A stretch of 64,000 bases of DNA. It comes from an uncultured Verrucomicrobiae bacterium (lineage in GTDB: Bacteria; Verrucomicrobiota; Verrucomicrobiia; Limisphaerales; JAFGQR01). Made by a program: the position numbers and the translations under genes. Below, in pieces: positions 9,885 through 21,404 of the stretch (position 1 is the first letter of the stretch; each line of letters opens with the position of its first letter). The notes under the pieces were generated by a model that had not been told where the DNA came from, did not search any database, and saw only the letters and a program-made list of their open reading frames with translations. The stretch covers positions 342,907 through 406,906 of the forward strand of contig CAWBHS010000060.1 in the NCBI GenBank assembly GCA_963788655.1, written 5' to 3'.

Positions 9885-10904
9885 TCAGTTGTAGAGCGTG
9901 CCGGCATTGACAATCGGATGCACTTCGGCTTCGCCGCACAACACCACCATCAGGTTGCTCACCATGGCGGCTTTGCGGTCTTCGTCCAATTGCACCACGT
10001 TCTTCTCCGCCATTTCGGTCAACGCCATGTCCACCATGCTCACCGCGCCATGGACGATCTTTTGCCGGGCCGCGATGATGGCTTCCGCCTGCTGCCGGCG
10101 CAACATGGCCTGGGCAATCTCCGGCGCATAAGCCAGGTGCGTCAGCCGGGCCTCTTCCACCACCACGCCCGCCTTGGCCAGTCGTTCGTGCAACTCTACG
10201 CTCAAGGCCTGGGAAACCTCCGTGACATGGCTGCGCAGCGTGTTTTCGTTGTCCTCGCCATGGTCGTAGGCATAGCAACTGGCCAAATGGCGCAAGGCCG
10301 ATTCGCTCTGGGTGTTGACGTATTCTTCAAAATCGTCCACGTCGAAAACCGCTTGGGCGGTGTCCTGCACGCGCCAGATGACGACCGCCGCAATCTCGAT
10401 GGGATTGCCGCGTTTGTCGTTCACTTTGAGCTTGTCCCCATTCATCGTCCGCGCCCGGAGTGAGACTTTGAACCGTGGCAGAGATTTTCGTTGCGACAAT
10501 ACCGCACCCGCTTTGGCCGCGGCAATCTGCCCCTGCATCTCGGCCATGCGCGCGGCGGGATTGCCTGATCGCGGGCCATTCGAGTAAAAGGGATTGCCCC
10601 AATGAAAACCGCTTTCGCGGACGGTGCCCTTGTACGCGCCGAACAGCACCAGCACTCGCGCCTCGTTCGGTTGGAGCGTGAATAAACCGGCGAGCATGAT
10701 GATGCCGGTGGTTTCCGTGAGGATGGACAACACAAACAACGGCCAGATCGGCGGTTCTCCGCGACTCACTCCTGCCGCGATGGAGTAAATGAACACCGCA
10801 ATACTGCCCAGCAACAAACCGAGCACCAGGGGCAACATCACCCAGCCGTTATGGACCTTTACGTCGTTCTCCCGATTCACGCTCATCAGTGGTGTCGCAT
10901 TCAT
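9885..10904 (-). CDS. SPFH/band 7 domain membrane protein
   Basis: Motifs [31 protein letters not shown] and [18 protein letters not shown]. Confidence 0.93.
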   Translation of the reverse strand: MNATPLMSVNRENDVKVHNGWVMLPLVLGLLLGSIAVFIYSIAAGVSRGEPPIWPLFVLSILTETTGIIMLAGLFTLQPNEARVLVLFGAYKGTVRESGFHWGNPFYSNGPRSGNPAARMAEMQGQIAAAKAGAVLSQRKSLPRFKVSLRARTMNGDKLKVNDKRGNPIEIAAVVIWRVQDTAQAVFDVDDFEEYVNTQSESALRHLASCYAYDHGEDNENTLRSHVTEVSQALSVELHERLAKAGVVVEEARLTHLAYAPEIAQAMLRRQQAEAIIAARQKIVHGAVSMVDMALTEMAEKNVVQLDEDRKAAMVSNLMVVLCGEAEVHPIVNAGTLYN

Positions 10905-10920
10905 AGTTCAAGGATTTAGA

Positions 10921-10971
10921 TGGTTTCAAACTGTTATCGTGGTGATATCATACTGAAATCAAATGACAACG
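10921..10971. promoter_or_regulatory. Array of TGATATCA-like boxes, candidate Arc-protein operator
   Basis: TGGTTTCA (10921), TGTTATCG (10932), TGATATCA (10943) and TGAAATCA (10954) repeat with an 11-bp period, directly upstream of the SPFH start. Confidence 0.6.
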
Positions 10972-11262
10972 CAAGTTATTTCCACAATTGGCTGCATAAC
11001 GGAGCACGGCTTCCTTCATCCACGTTAAGAAAACTGATCTTGTTTGTCGCGGATAATGCAGTAAATAAAAAGATGCAAGATACACGCTACAAACAACTTC
11101 ACAACTATCTAAAGCCGCAGTGAACATGGTCGCGCGTGATCGACTTCATTTAATTGCTTGTTCTTTGCTGAGCCTAGTAGTATGTATGGCTAGGTATAGC
11201 AAATATAGTTTTGCAGATGCGGGCAAACCAACATCCTACCGTCCGCCGGTCTGCCGGCAACC

Positions 11263-11601
11263 ATGACTGATTTTTTCGACAACTGGACCGTGCAAGTGCG
11301 CAAAGGACTGCTGGAATATTGCGTCCTGAACGCGTTGGCCGAGAAAGAACGCTACGGTTACGACCTGGTCAAAACGCTGATGGCCGTCCCGGGACTTGGC
11401 GTGACGGAAGGCACGCTGTATCCCCTGCTGTCGCGGTTGCGCGTCCAGGGAATGGTGAGCGCGCGTTTGGAAGAATCCACGGAGGGTCCGGCGCGGAAAT
11501 ATTACACTCTGACCAAAGAAGGCCGGCGCATCCTGTTGACGATGGACGACTACCTGGAAACCCTGAACCAAGGCTCCCGCATGTTGCGGCAACGCTCCTG
11601 A
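11263..11601 (+). CDS. PadR family transcriptional regulator
   Basis: Motifs QVRKGLLEYCVL, YGYDL, EGTLYPLLSRL and PARKYYTLT. Confidence 0.95.
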   Translation: MTDFFDNWTVQVRKGLLEYCVLNALAEKERYGYDLVKTLMAVPGLGVTEGTLYPLLSRLRVQGMVSARLEESTEGPARKYYTLTKEGRRILLTMDDYLETLNQGSRMLRQRS

Positions 11602-11602
11602 C

Positions 11603-14284
11603 ATGACTACCTGGACCGACCCAGCTCGACAACGGCTCGACCGTTACTTTGAACAAACTCGCGCCGCGCTCCAAGCATCCGGCGCCGATCCGGAGGAAGT
11701 GTGTGAAGATCTCCGGCGGCACATCCAGGAAGAGGTCGCGCTGCGTAAATTAGCAGTGGTGACCGAAGAGGACATTCGCCAAATCCTCACGCGCATCGGC
11801 GCGCCGGAAGTGCCTGCTCCCAAGGCCAACCCGCCCCCTCCGGTTGCCGATGCCTCGGCACCTAAAAAAGCCGCCGGGGCCGGGAAAACGACCGGGCATT
11901 GGTGGTTGCTCATTTTCAGCGTCATTTTGCCCCTGGTCACGCTGGGGATTGAGTTGACCACTCGTATGTGTGCCGGCGTTTTCTTTGATCCCATCCCTTC
12001 GATTTGGCACGTGTTCATGGTTGCCGCGGTGCCGCTGAGCAACCTGTGGGCGTGGCGAGTGGTGCGCACAGGCGAATCCACGCTCAGTGCGGCGCTGAAG
12101 GTTGCGAACGGATATGCGATTGGTATTGCGGCTTTTTACACCCTCTTGTTCTTGCCAATCCTCCCGTTTGCGGTCATCGGCGTTTTTTATATAGGCTGGG
12201 GATTGCTGCCCATGGCGCCTTTGTTTGCCTTGATCGGGGCGCTGGTGCTACGCGGATATTTGAAGCGAATCTCCATGCCCGCAAAACCGTTTCCGGGGAT
12301 CTGGACCGGGCTCGGACTGGCGGCGTTGGCACTGGCATTGACGGTCCTGCCCATCACGGCCACCCGGTATTGGACCAGCCAGGCCGGGTCCGGTTCGCCC
12401 GCGCAAGCCACCCGCGCCGTGAAGTGGTTGCGCTGGCTCGGCAGTGACACCACCCTGCTCGGCGATTGTTATGGCTCCAGCAGTTGGATGCGGCAGTCAC
12501 CCATTGATCTGCATTTGTTCGGCGTGCCTGTCAGTCCTGAACGGGCCCGGGCTGTCTATTTCCGCGTCACTGGTCGTTCGTTCAACACCGTGCCGCCCCC
12601 GCAATTGAACTTCGCGCGCGGCGGTTGGAATCTGTTGGATGATTTCACCTGGGACCTCGACCAAGGTGGGAGCGCCGTGGGCAGCCGGGTGAAAGGTTTG
12701 TTCCTGACGACGTCGCGTTTCGATGGCTTGGTCGAATCGGACGCGGCCATTGGTTATTTGGAATGGACGCTGGAGTTTCGCAACGAATCGCGTCAAGCAC
12801 GGGAAGCCCGCGCCCAAATTGCCCTGCCATCGGGCGGAGTCGTCTCGCGGGTGACGCTGTGGATCGATGGTGAAGAACGGGAAGCGGCGTTTGCGGGCCG
12901 CGCCCAAGTGCGCGAGGCCTACAAGGAAGTAGCGGTTCGTCAGCGGCGCGATCCCGTGCTGGTCACCAGTGCCGGACCCGACCGGGTGCTGGTGCAGTGC
13001 TTCCCCGTTCCAGCGGCGGGCGGCACGATGAAGATTCGCCTCGGCATCACAGCCCCATTGACGATGGCTTCGCTGGAAACCGGGCGTCTGCAATGGCCGT
13101 GTTTCCTGGAACGTAATTTCAGTCTGCCGGAAGGTTTTTCGCACTCACTTTGGGTGGAGTCCAAAGCGGAACTAACCAGCCAAGTTCCCGAGTTGAAATC
13201 AGAGCCTTCCCCCAAAACAAAGTATGCCTTGCGCGGCCAACTGCCCGACTCGTTGCTCGATGCGCCTGGTTCGGCGTTGCAAGCGTTGCGCCCGAATGGG
13301 CCCAAAGTGGTTTGGACGGTGGACACGGCGAGCGAAAGCGGCAGCACAATTCGGCAAACCATGGGCGAAACTTCCATTCCCCCACCAACCCGCATCGTGC
13401 TGGTAGTGGATGGTTCCTATTCGATGCATGATTATTTGCCGGCGCTCGCCAAAGCGGTCGCTCAGTTGCCGGACGGAATCGAAGTCGCCGCGCTGGTTGC
13501 TTCCGACAGCACGGTGCCATTGCTCGACCAACCTCGAAAAACAGATTCAGCCCTCCGTGAAGAACTGGCCAACCGGTTATTGCACACCAAGGCAGCGGGC
13601 GGCCAGGACAACGTGCCAGCTTTGCTGCAAGGCTGGGATCTGGCCGGGGAAAGCCCGGCCGTGGTGGTCTGGATTCATGGACCCCAACCGGTCCTGTTGT
13701 CCGGGGCAGAGAAACTGGAGCAACGGTTGCTTTGGCGTGCCGGGCACACGCAACTCTACGATGTCCAAACCGTTGCTGGCCCCAATCGTATCCTGGAACA
13801 ATTGGATGGCATCATGACCATCAAACCCTTGCCACGTCAGGGCAAATTGCAGGCCGACTTGGAGCGGCTGTTCACCTCGTGGAACGGCAAAGGGCGGGCG
13901 GTCGAATTTGTTCGCGAACGAATGCCCCCGAGTTCTTTCTCGCCTTCTGCTTCTTCCGATCCGTTGCCGGCGGCTCATGAAGGCAAGGAAGTGTCCCAAC
14001 ATCTGGCTCGTCTCTGGGCGCTGGGAGAAGTCAAACGACTGGTGACGATGCGGCTGCGGGATGCCGCGGTGAAACTGGCCGGCAACTATCAGCTTGTTAC
14101 GCCAGTCAGCGGTGCGGTGGTGCTGGAAACCCGCCAGCAATACGAGCGGCACGGATTACAACCGGTGTCAGCCGAATCGGTGCCTTCCGTCCCGGAACCC
14201 GTCGGATTGTGGTGGCTGGCGGCCGGACTGTGCTTGGCGGTGGCTGGGTGGCGGAAACAGTGGGGGAGGAGTTTGAAGGGTTGA
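11603..14284 (+). CDS. HAAS-like N-terminus, membrane region, VIT and vWA-like domains, PEP-CTERM tail
   Basis: N-terminal helical EEVCEDLRRHIQEE..ILTRIGAPE; VIT motif EARAQIALPSGGVVSRVTLWIDGEEREAAF; vWA-like VVDGSYSM; C-terminal VPSVPEP followed by a TM segment and basic residues. Confidence 0.8.
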   Translation: MTTWTDPARQRLDRYFEQTRAALQASGADPEEVCEDLRRHIQEEVALRKLAVVTEEDIRQILTRIGAPEVPAPKANPPPPVADASAPKKAAGAGKTTGHWWLLIFSVILPLVTLGIELTTRMCAGVFFDPIPSIWHVFMVAAVPLSNLWAWRVVRTGESTLSAALKVANGYAIGIAAFYTLLFLPILPFAVIGVFYIGWGLLPMAPLFALIGALVLRGYLKRISMPAKPFPGIWTGLGLAALALALTVLPITATRYWTSQAGSGSPAQATRAVKWLRWLGSDTTLLGDCYGSSSWMRQSPIDLHLFGVPVSPERARAVYFRVTGRSFNTVPPPQLNFARGGWNLLDDFTWDLDQGGSAVGSRVKGLFLTTSRFDGLVESDAAIGYLEWTLEFRNESRQAREARAQIALPSGGVVSRVTLWIDGEEREAAFAGRAQVREAYKEVAVRQRRDPVLVTSAGPDRVLVQCFPVPAAGGTMKIRLGITAPLTMASLETGRLQWPCFLERNFSLPEGFSHSLWVESKAELTSQVPELKSEPSPKTKYALRGQLPDSLLDAPGSALQALRPNGPKVVWTVDTASESGSTIRQTMGETSIPPPTRIVLVVDGSYSMHDYLPALAKAVAQLPDGIEVAALVASDSTVPLLDQPRKTDSALREELANRLLHTKAAGGQDNVPALLQGWDLAGESPAVVVWIHGPQPVLLSGAEKLEQRLLWRAGHTQLYDVQTVAGPNRILEQLDGIMTIKPLPRQGKLQADLERLFTSWNGKGRAVEFVRERMPPSSFSPSASSDPLPAAHEGKEVSQHLARLWALGEVKRLVTMRLRDAAVKLAGNYQLVTPVSGAVVLETRQQYERHGLQPVSAESVPSVPEPVGLWWLAAGLCLAVAGWRKQWGRSLKG

Positions 14285-14359
14285 AGCGTTGAGGCGGCGG
14301 ATCTATTGTGCGATTAGCGAGCAGGTTGAGGGAATCATTCCGAGCGCGAATTGTGCGAG

Positions 14360-14412
14360 TTAAATCGGATTTCGGGTTTCTTTCGGAATTCGGCCTTTGG
14401 GCTTCGGACTTC
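14360..14412. repeat. TTCGG-rich REP-like repeat
   Basis: atcggatttcgggtttctttcggaattcggcctttgggcttcggactt; a related tract lies at 58441-58512. Confidence 0.55.
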
Positions 14413-14619
14413 AACCTCGCCTGTCTTTTCAACTCGTTGAAAATGAACTCGCACCCCGGTGGATTTGTGCTTAGGATTCTGCTGGTTTGATGCGTGACTC
14501 TTTGAATATTTCGTTGACTGTAAAACCAACCCCGACCACTGGGTTCACCGGGTGGCAGCGCAGTCCTTTGCCGGCTTTAGGATTGCTCCGGCATCTTTCT
14601 TGCGTCATTTTGCTCGAAT

Positions 14620-15886
14620 ATGTCTTGGGCTGACCTGAGAACAATTTGGCAACGCTTTAGCGCCGGGGCGATCCAGCAGGGTCGCCGGGCGGGCGCTATT
14701 GCCGGGCAGCTTGGCCGGCGGGCGGGTGCCGGAATTGTCACGGGCTGCTCAAAATCGGCCGAGGCTTTAAACACCGGCTTGCAAGCCATCCGGTCCCGGA
14801 TGCAAGGCGGCGCCGGTCACGACGAACGTCATATTGGACAGCCCCGGCGTAATTTGTTGTCCGGCTTCACGCCCGCCCATATTTCCGGCTCGTCAGCCGC
14901 CACGGCGGCGCTACCACAGCCCGGCTTCACCCGACACGTCTTGGACCGTCCCTTGGCCGTCGCCTTCATCCTCTCGATCCTGATACATTTGACGATCTAT
15001 GGCGGCTGGCGCTGGGGAAAGAACATGGGTTGGTGGGAACACCAAGCCACGTGGCTGCTGGAGTTGACCGCCAAGGCCAAAGAGCGGGCTTCGCTGACCC
15101 GGCTCAACCAAATGACTCCCCCCAAGCCCAGAGAAATCCCCCTCGACGTTTGTCGAGGTGGATCCGGCGCTGACGACTCAGGCTCCCAAAGATGCCAAGT
15201 ATTACGGCGCGCACAACAGCATTGCCGCCAATCCGAAGCCGTTGGAACAGGACCAACCGAAAGTTGCCGGCGAACAAACGAAGATTGTCCGGGTGGAGGA
15301 CAACCCCAAGCCCGGGCCTCAGCCCCTGCAACCCACCCTCACTCAACCCAAGCCCGAAGTTGTGGCGCCGCAGCCGAAACCGGCCGAAACGCAGCCCAAG
15401 GGCGACACCGTCCAAACCAAACCCGATGCCGCCACGGTCAGTGTGACCATGCCGGAACCCAAGGTGGAGGAACGTCCCCGAACCTTGCAAGAAGCACGGT
15501 TGCGGAAGGGAATGCTGGCCGGTGAAAAAATGCGGCAAAACGGCGGCGTGCGGCAGCGAGGACGGGTGTCGCTGAACGTGAAAGCCACCCCGTTCGGCGC
15601 CTACGATGCCGCGTTCATTGCGGCGGTGCAGCAGCGTTGGTATGAACTCATTGACAACACCCAGGTGCCCCAACGTTCGGGAAAAGTTGCGCTGGAATTT
15701 CGCTTGAATATTGACGGCAGCATTACGGATATGAAGGTGCGTGAAACGGAAGTGGGCGAAATGCTGGCCCTGCTGTGTCAACGGGCGGTCAAAGATCCGG
15801 CCCCCTATCTCCCGTGGCCGAGTGACATGCAACGCATGGTGGGCAAAACCTACCGGGAAGTACTGTTCACTTTCTATTACAATTGA
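14620..15886 (+). CDS. TonB/TolA-like energy transducer (one frameshift at ~15143; start uncertain)
   Basis: TM segment AFILSILIHL, then REIPLTFVEVDP after frame correction, a Pro-rich linker, and a TonB C-terminal domain PFGAYDAAFIAAVQQRWY..FTFYY. It lies next to exbB/exbD-like genes. Confidence 0.75.
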
Positions 15887-15927
15887 GATGCAACTCTGAC
15901 AGTCGGAAAAAAGTTTAATCGGTTTGT

Positions 15928-16561
15928 ATGGATATTTTTCTTTATTCTCGCCCTGCTGGTCACCTCAGTGATCGCGTTGACGTTCATCGTGGAACGCGGC
16001 TTCGCGCTGCGCTGGCAAAAAGTGGTGCCGTCGGCCGTGGAAAGCGCGATCAGCCATTACCATTCGCCCCGTGATTTGGCGCGCCTGCGCAACATCTGCG
16101 AACATCATCCCACCCCCATCGCCCGGTTGCTGCTGTTGGCGGCTGACCACGTGGACTGGTCCAAGAGCGAGAATATCAATCTGCTGGAAAAGCGCGCGCG
16201 CCACGAAGTCCTGAAACTCGAACGCGGCCTGGTGGTCTTGGAAATCATCGTCGGCATTTCGCCGCTCCTGGGCCTGGTGGGCACCATCTACGGTTTGATC
16301 ATTCTGTTCGGCAGCATGCATGAAGGCAACGCCGCCGACACCGCCCGGTTTGCCCAGGGCATCAGCCTGGCCTTGAACGCGACGCTGATGGGCTTGCTCA
16401 TCGCCATTCCCACGCTGGTCTTCTGGAGTTACTACAGCAAAAAGGTCGAAACCCTGACCATCGAAATGGAAACGCTCTGCGATGAATTCCTCCGCAAGCA
16501 CTACGGAAATCAGGAAGCAGTGGATCTGACGGACAAGGTCGTGCCCCATTCCTTCAAATAG
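15928..16561 (+). CDS. exbB: MotA/TolQ/ExbB proton channel protein (5' frameshift in a T-run)
   Basis: Motifs SPLLGLVGTIYGLI and GISLALNATLMGLLIAIP. The ATG at 15928 is out of frame by one base. Confidence 0.88.
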
Positions 16562-16564
16562 CGT

Positions 16565-16987
16565 ATGCACTTCACCTCGCACAAACGGGCCCGGGCGCCT
16601 TCGGTAATCATCGTCTCGCTCATCGACGTGCTGCTGGTGGTGCTGATTTTCTTGATGGTGTCCACGACCTTCAAGAAAGCCCAGGCCGTGCTGAAATTAA
16701 CCCTGCCGCAATCCAAGATCGCCCAGCCTGGCTCGCAGGACGCCAAACCGCTGATCATCACCATCGCCTCGAATACGCCCTATTTCTTTATGGCGGAACG
16801 TCCGGTCACCTACGACCGTTTGCAGGAGCAATTGACGGCCGCCGTCAAAAGTAATCCCCAACTCAAAGTCGCCATCCGCGCCGACCGCAATGCGCCGTTT
16901 GGCGAAGTAACCAAGGTTATTGATGCGGCCAAGTTGGCCCAGGTCGGGGCCTTGGATTTTTGGACCGACAAAGAACCGGCCCATTGA
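16565..16987 (+). CDS. exbD: ExbD/TolR biopolymer transport protein
   Basis: Motifs SLIDVLLVVLIFLMV and IRADRNAPFGEV. Confidence 0.92.
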   Translation: MHFTSHKRARAPSVIIVSLIDVLLVVLIFLMVSTTFKKAQAVLKLTLPQSKIAQPGSQDAKPLIITIASNTPYFFMAERPVTYDRLQEQLTAAVKSNPQLKVAIRADRNAPFGEVTKVIDAAKLAQVGALDFWTDKEPAH

Positions 16988-17014
16988 CGCCCGGGCTGGC
17001 CCACGAGCTTTAGC

Positions 17015-17568
17015 ATGAAAATCGAATCCTTGCACATCGGCATGAAAGTGCGGCACCCGCAGTACCGGGGCGGGGACCGTGATCAGCCTCAACGAACAAA
17101 CCGCCGACGTCCGTTTCGAGGTCGGGGAAACCCGCACCCTGGCCCCGGAAGCGAGTGGCCTCGAACGCGCCGAGCCGCAATTGGCCGTCACCGGGCTAAC
17201 TCAGCCGCTCCATGCAATTCGTCGAAGAAACCGTGGAAACCGTGGTGGACAAGCTCGGGCTGAGCAAGTCCGACACGCTGGTGGAGAACCTGGCCGCCAA
17301 ATGGCACCGCGGCAAATTGGTGCTCCATCCGTCCGACCCCACCCTGCAAACCAAAGAAGTCCCGCTGGAGGTGTTCTTTCACAAAATCGTCATGATGCGC
17401 AACAACCTCCGCGTGCTCGAACAAAAGATCAACGCCTACGCGAGCTTGAGCGAAGCCGATAAGATCGAGCTCCAGCAATACATCACGCGCAGCTACGGCT
17501 CGATGACGACGTTCAATGTGTTATTCAAGAGCAAGGAAGACCAGTTCAACAGCAGCCCGTCGAGTTAG
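17015..17568 (+). CDS. Conserved hypothetical protein (two frameshifts)
   Basis: Three overlapping ORFs join: [14 protein letters not shown] SH3 N-terminus, then [47 protein letters not shown]. Confidence 0.7.
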
Positions 17569-17654
17569 GGCGGGGCGGGACGCAAATCCGGCTTCCCCGG
17601 CGCCGCCAAAAACATCTGCCACGCGCCCGAGCCATTGAAACGAAGTGCAGCACT

Positions 17655-17987
17655 ATGATCCGCGACACCATTACCCAAATCGAAGCCCGGTTGAACAACT
17701 CGCGTTCGCTCAGCGAAACCGGCCGGCGCGAACTCCTGGAACTCCTGGACACGCTGCGAGGCGAGATTGCGGAGTTGTCCAAAACCGATGCCGACCAGGC
17801 CCAAAGCATCGAATCGTTTGCCCTTTCGTTCGCCCATGAAGCCACCCGCGAGAAACGGCAACCCGAATTGCTGGAGCACTCGATGGGCGGCCTGTCCGCC
17901 TCGGTGGCAGGATTCGAAACCACGCATCCGTCGCTGGTGCAACTCGTGAACCGGATTTGCACCACGCTGTCCAATATTGGGATCTAA
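17655..17987 (+). CDS. DUF4404-like helical protein
   Basis: C-terminal FETTHPSLVQLVNRICTTLSNIGI signature. Confidence 0.8.
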   Translation: MIRDTITQIEARLNNSRSLSETGRRELLELLDTLRGEIAELSKTDADQAQSIESFALSFAHEATREKRQPELLEHSMGGLSASVAGFETTHPSLVQLVNRICTTLSNIGI

Positions 17988-18091
17988 CGGAGAACCAGCC
18001 CAAACCAACGGTAGGTGCGTCCATCCAAGTGCAAGCCGTGAGGACCGCGACGATCACCAGCCTCAGGGTGCGCCGACTATGGCGGCCGTAT

Positions 18092-21000
18092 TCAAGGCGC
18101 CAGCAGGACGCGATAATAGCGGTGGGCTTCGGCGCCCGCGGTTAGATCCGTCGCGCTGCCGGTGGTGCTGGTGGCTGTCACGATGCCGGGCAGATCGGTC
18201 CATTCCGGATCGGTGACCGAGTTCTTGTATTGGACCCGATAGGCCCTTCCTGGCACGGCATACCACAGGATGGTCATGTGATCGCTGCCGGGCGAAGTAA
18301 TCGTTAACACCTGAAGCACCGAATCCCCATTGGTCGGGTCCGTGCCGGCGCGGAATTCCTCGGCATCGGTTTGTCCGTCGTGGTCGGAATCGGCGGTGCC
18401 GTCATGATCGAGATTATCGAAATAGGCCATCTCCCAATCATCATCCAGTCCGTCGCCATCGGTATCCATGCTTCCCAGGTGCAGTACGAACAAATCGGCA
18501 TGATCGTTGTAGTCGCCGGCCACCAGATCGCTGGCGGAGCTTTGGAAGACCAACGTTTTACCGTCGGCGGAGAACAGGGGGCGCTGCGAGCGGCTGTTGC
18601 CGATTTCGCCGCTCAAGTTGGCGCTCAAGAGCAGCGTGCGGTTGCGCAGGCGATCATACAGGTAAAGGTCCTGGGCCCATCGACGCAAGGACGTGGTAGC
18701 GCCCGCGGCCGGATAGTTCGTGAACGAATGCTGGGTGACGTAGTGCGCGCCCAGGAACGCCACAAACCGTCCCTCCGGGCTTACCCAGGGACTGGCAAAG
18801 CGCCAATCGGCGGATGGGTCGTTGGTCGGCAGGAGACTGGTGGCGATCATATTGGTCCAACCAGTTTGCAAATCCATCAGCAGGATGTTGGTGGCCCACG
18901 GGGCGTAGCACTTCAGTTTTTCGCAGGCGAGCCAGCGTCCATCAAAACTGAGCGACGGCGCCTGGCAGGCGACGGCCACGGCGCGATTGGTGACGGTTTC
19001 AAAATCATAGACAAAAATGCTCTCAGCATGATCGCATTGATACGCGGTGGACCAAGCCACATAGGCGACGTAACGTGAATCACCGCTCCAGGTGGCGTTC
19101 CCGGTGTAACGCTGGGAACTCATGCTCCAGGGGAACAAAGTGACCAAGCAGGTCCGCCCTGTCGGCAGGTCGCGGGCGAATAATGAAACCTCCCCGTAAA
19201 GGTGATTGGTCACTTCCTCGCTGTCTCCGCTGGCAAACAGCAGCCAGCGTCCGTCCGGGCTGAAGCCCTCGAACGACGAGCTCGAATGGGCTGTGTAGGG
19301 GGTCGTTCGCCATCGTGATATATTGAGCGCTTGGTTGGTGCCGGCCATCATGTCGCGCAGAAAGACGTCTGATCCCGTGTTGTCATCAGTAATGCCCGGC
19401 ACGAAGGTTTCCGCTGGCAACGAGCTTTGGAACGCGACGTATTGGCCGTTCGGGCTAAGGGCGAACACATCGATCGAACCAGTCATTATCCCATTCGTAT
19501 CGACATCGACCGGATGCCGTAACCCGCTTGCCCGGTCCACCCAGAAAACGTGGTTGCTGGAGTCCACGAAATCAGGACCCGGTCGCCGGGCAAAGACCGC
19601 GTATTGCCCGTTGCTGCTGAGCACCGCCTGGCTGGCCGCCGAATCGGATTCGAACATGCCGCTGGCGTCGGTGCTCAATGGGGCAATGGCTCCGGTGCTC
19701 AAATCCTGCACAAACACGTCGCTCCAGCCGTTGGTGTCGCCCGGCACCAGCAGGCTGTCATCGCTGGCAAACGCCACATACCGGCCATCGCTGCTGAGAC
19801 CATGTTCATCGGCTCGCGTGGCGGCAATGCCGGTTTGTTGCGGCCGAGTTGCGGTGCGTTCGGAAATCAACGTGGTTAAACCGGCCGCAACGTCGCGCAC
19901 GAAAACATCCGTCGCCCGGTTCAAATCATCCGCCACCAGATCATCGGCCCTGCTGGTGAACGCGACTTTCTTTGCGTCCGCGCAGAAGGCCAACATGGCC
20001 GCGCCATTGTCCGCGGCGCTGACGGTGCCGTCGGGTTGCACGGTGATCAGTTGGGTGGTCTGGGCCGTCAGGTCGCGGAGAAAGACTTGACCGGACCCAC
20101 CAGTTGCCGCGGCGCAGAGATCCGTTGCGGCGCTGATGAACACGACTTTGCTCCCATCGGGCGAAAGCACCGCGTCGTAAGCCGGGGCATTGCCCGGACC
20201 GGTGCCGGTCAGGTTAATGTTGACCAAAGTGGTGGTTGCGGTTTCGGCGTCCCACACATAGACATTCGTGCCGTCTTCGTAAGCCAGCCAGCGCCCGTCG
20301 CCGCTCAGCGAGGGCGAGATCTGATTAGGGAGGTTCGTGGCAACGAGAAACGTCGTCGGCAAATCGTTGGTCACGACATTGTAAAACAGCGAGAAAGGTC
20401 CCGTAAACCGTTGCAAATCGCCCCAGCCATCAAACCGCGCCTGGCCGACGAGAAAGACGATCCGTTCGCCATTGGTGCTCATCACCGGGTTCAAGCATCC
20501 CATGTCGGTTTGATTGGTCGGATAGTACGAGGGGAGCCAATAACTGACCCGGACATCCCGGCCATGCGGTGGAACGCGGCAATAAATTTCCATCAGGAAG
20601 CTGTTCCGGAATCATTCTCCAACAGGCGACTGGCCGCGCTGGCGAACAAAACAAAATGCCCGTCCGGGGTCATGCTGGCCTGCCGGGAACGACCATCACC
20701 CGGTTCGGCCGTGTTCGAGCCGTACCATCGGTCGTTGCTCACCAGCGTGGTCTGACCGGATGACACGTCGTACAGATAAACCTGGTTGGTGGCGACACCG
20801 GCGGAAGGTCTCGTTGGTTCACCACTTTCAAACAGCACCCAGCGACCGTCAGCGGAGAGTTGAGGATTCGATGCGGGACCGCGCACCGAAGGCAAAGGCG
20901 GAATGCCCTTGCCGGAAACACCCGCGCTCACCAACCGCGTCGTCCCGGCCACCAGGTCGCGTAGGAATATGTCGGCGCCGTTGTTCGTGTCGCCGGACGC

Positions 21001-21390
21001 CAGATTGTTCGCCGCACTGGCAAACGCCACGAATTGGCCATTGGCCGAAATCGAAGGGTAGCCCGCGTCCCCATTGCCGCCGCCGATGCCGTTGGTATTG
21101 ACGCTGACCAGGATAGTTTGTCCCGATTCCAGGTTGCGCACAAACACATCCAGGTAGGGCGCCAAGTCATCGTTGGTCACCAGGTTGGGCGCGTGGCTGA
21201 GAAACACGAGGAATCGGCCATCGGCGCTGAACTGCGGCATGAGCGAATTCCCGGACGCAGTTCGGCTCGAGGCCAGGATGCCGTTGGGAGCGATGACCTG
21301 GGGGGAATTCTGGGCCGCGCTGCACAAGCAGGTCGGACAACAGGCCAACGGGACTACTCCGAAAGCAAGGCATAGGAAAATCGTCCTCAT
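18092..21390 (-). CDS. Secreted TolB-like/PD40 beta-propeller protein with Ca-binding DTDGDG repeats (probable frameshift at 20593)
   Basis: Signal peptide, many S.DGR.VAF.S.A.NLV..D.N...DVF repeats, DTDGDGLDDDWE, and a verrucomicrobial-type C-terminus YRVQYK..W..RYYRV. The two ORFs abut as TGATG. Confidence 0.85.
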
Positions 21391-21404
21391 GGGAACTCGC
21401 TCTT

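Noticed and set aside
17980..18090. Possible attC site (ATCTAAC at a gene end)
   Set aside because: There is no complementary GTTRRRY box with a paired stem at a suitable distance, and no integron integrase.
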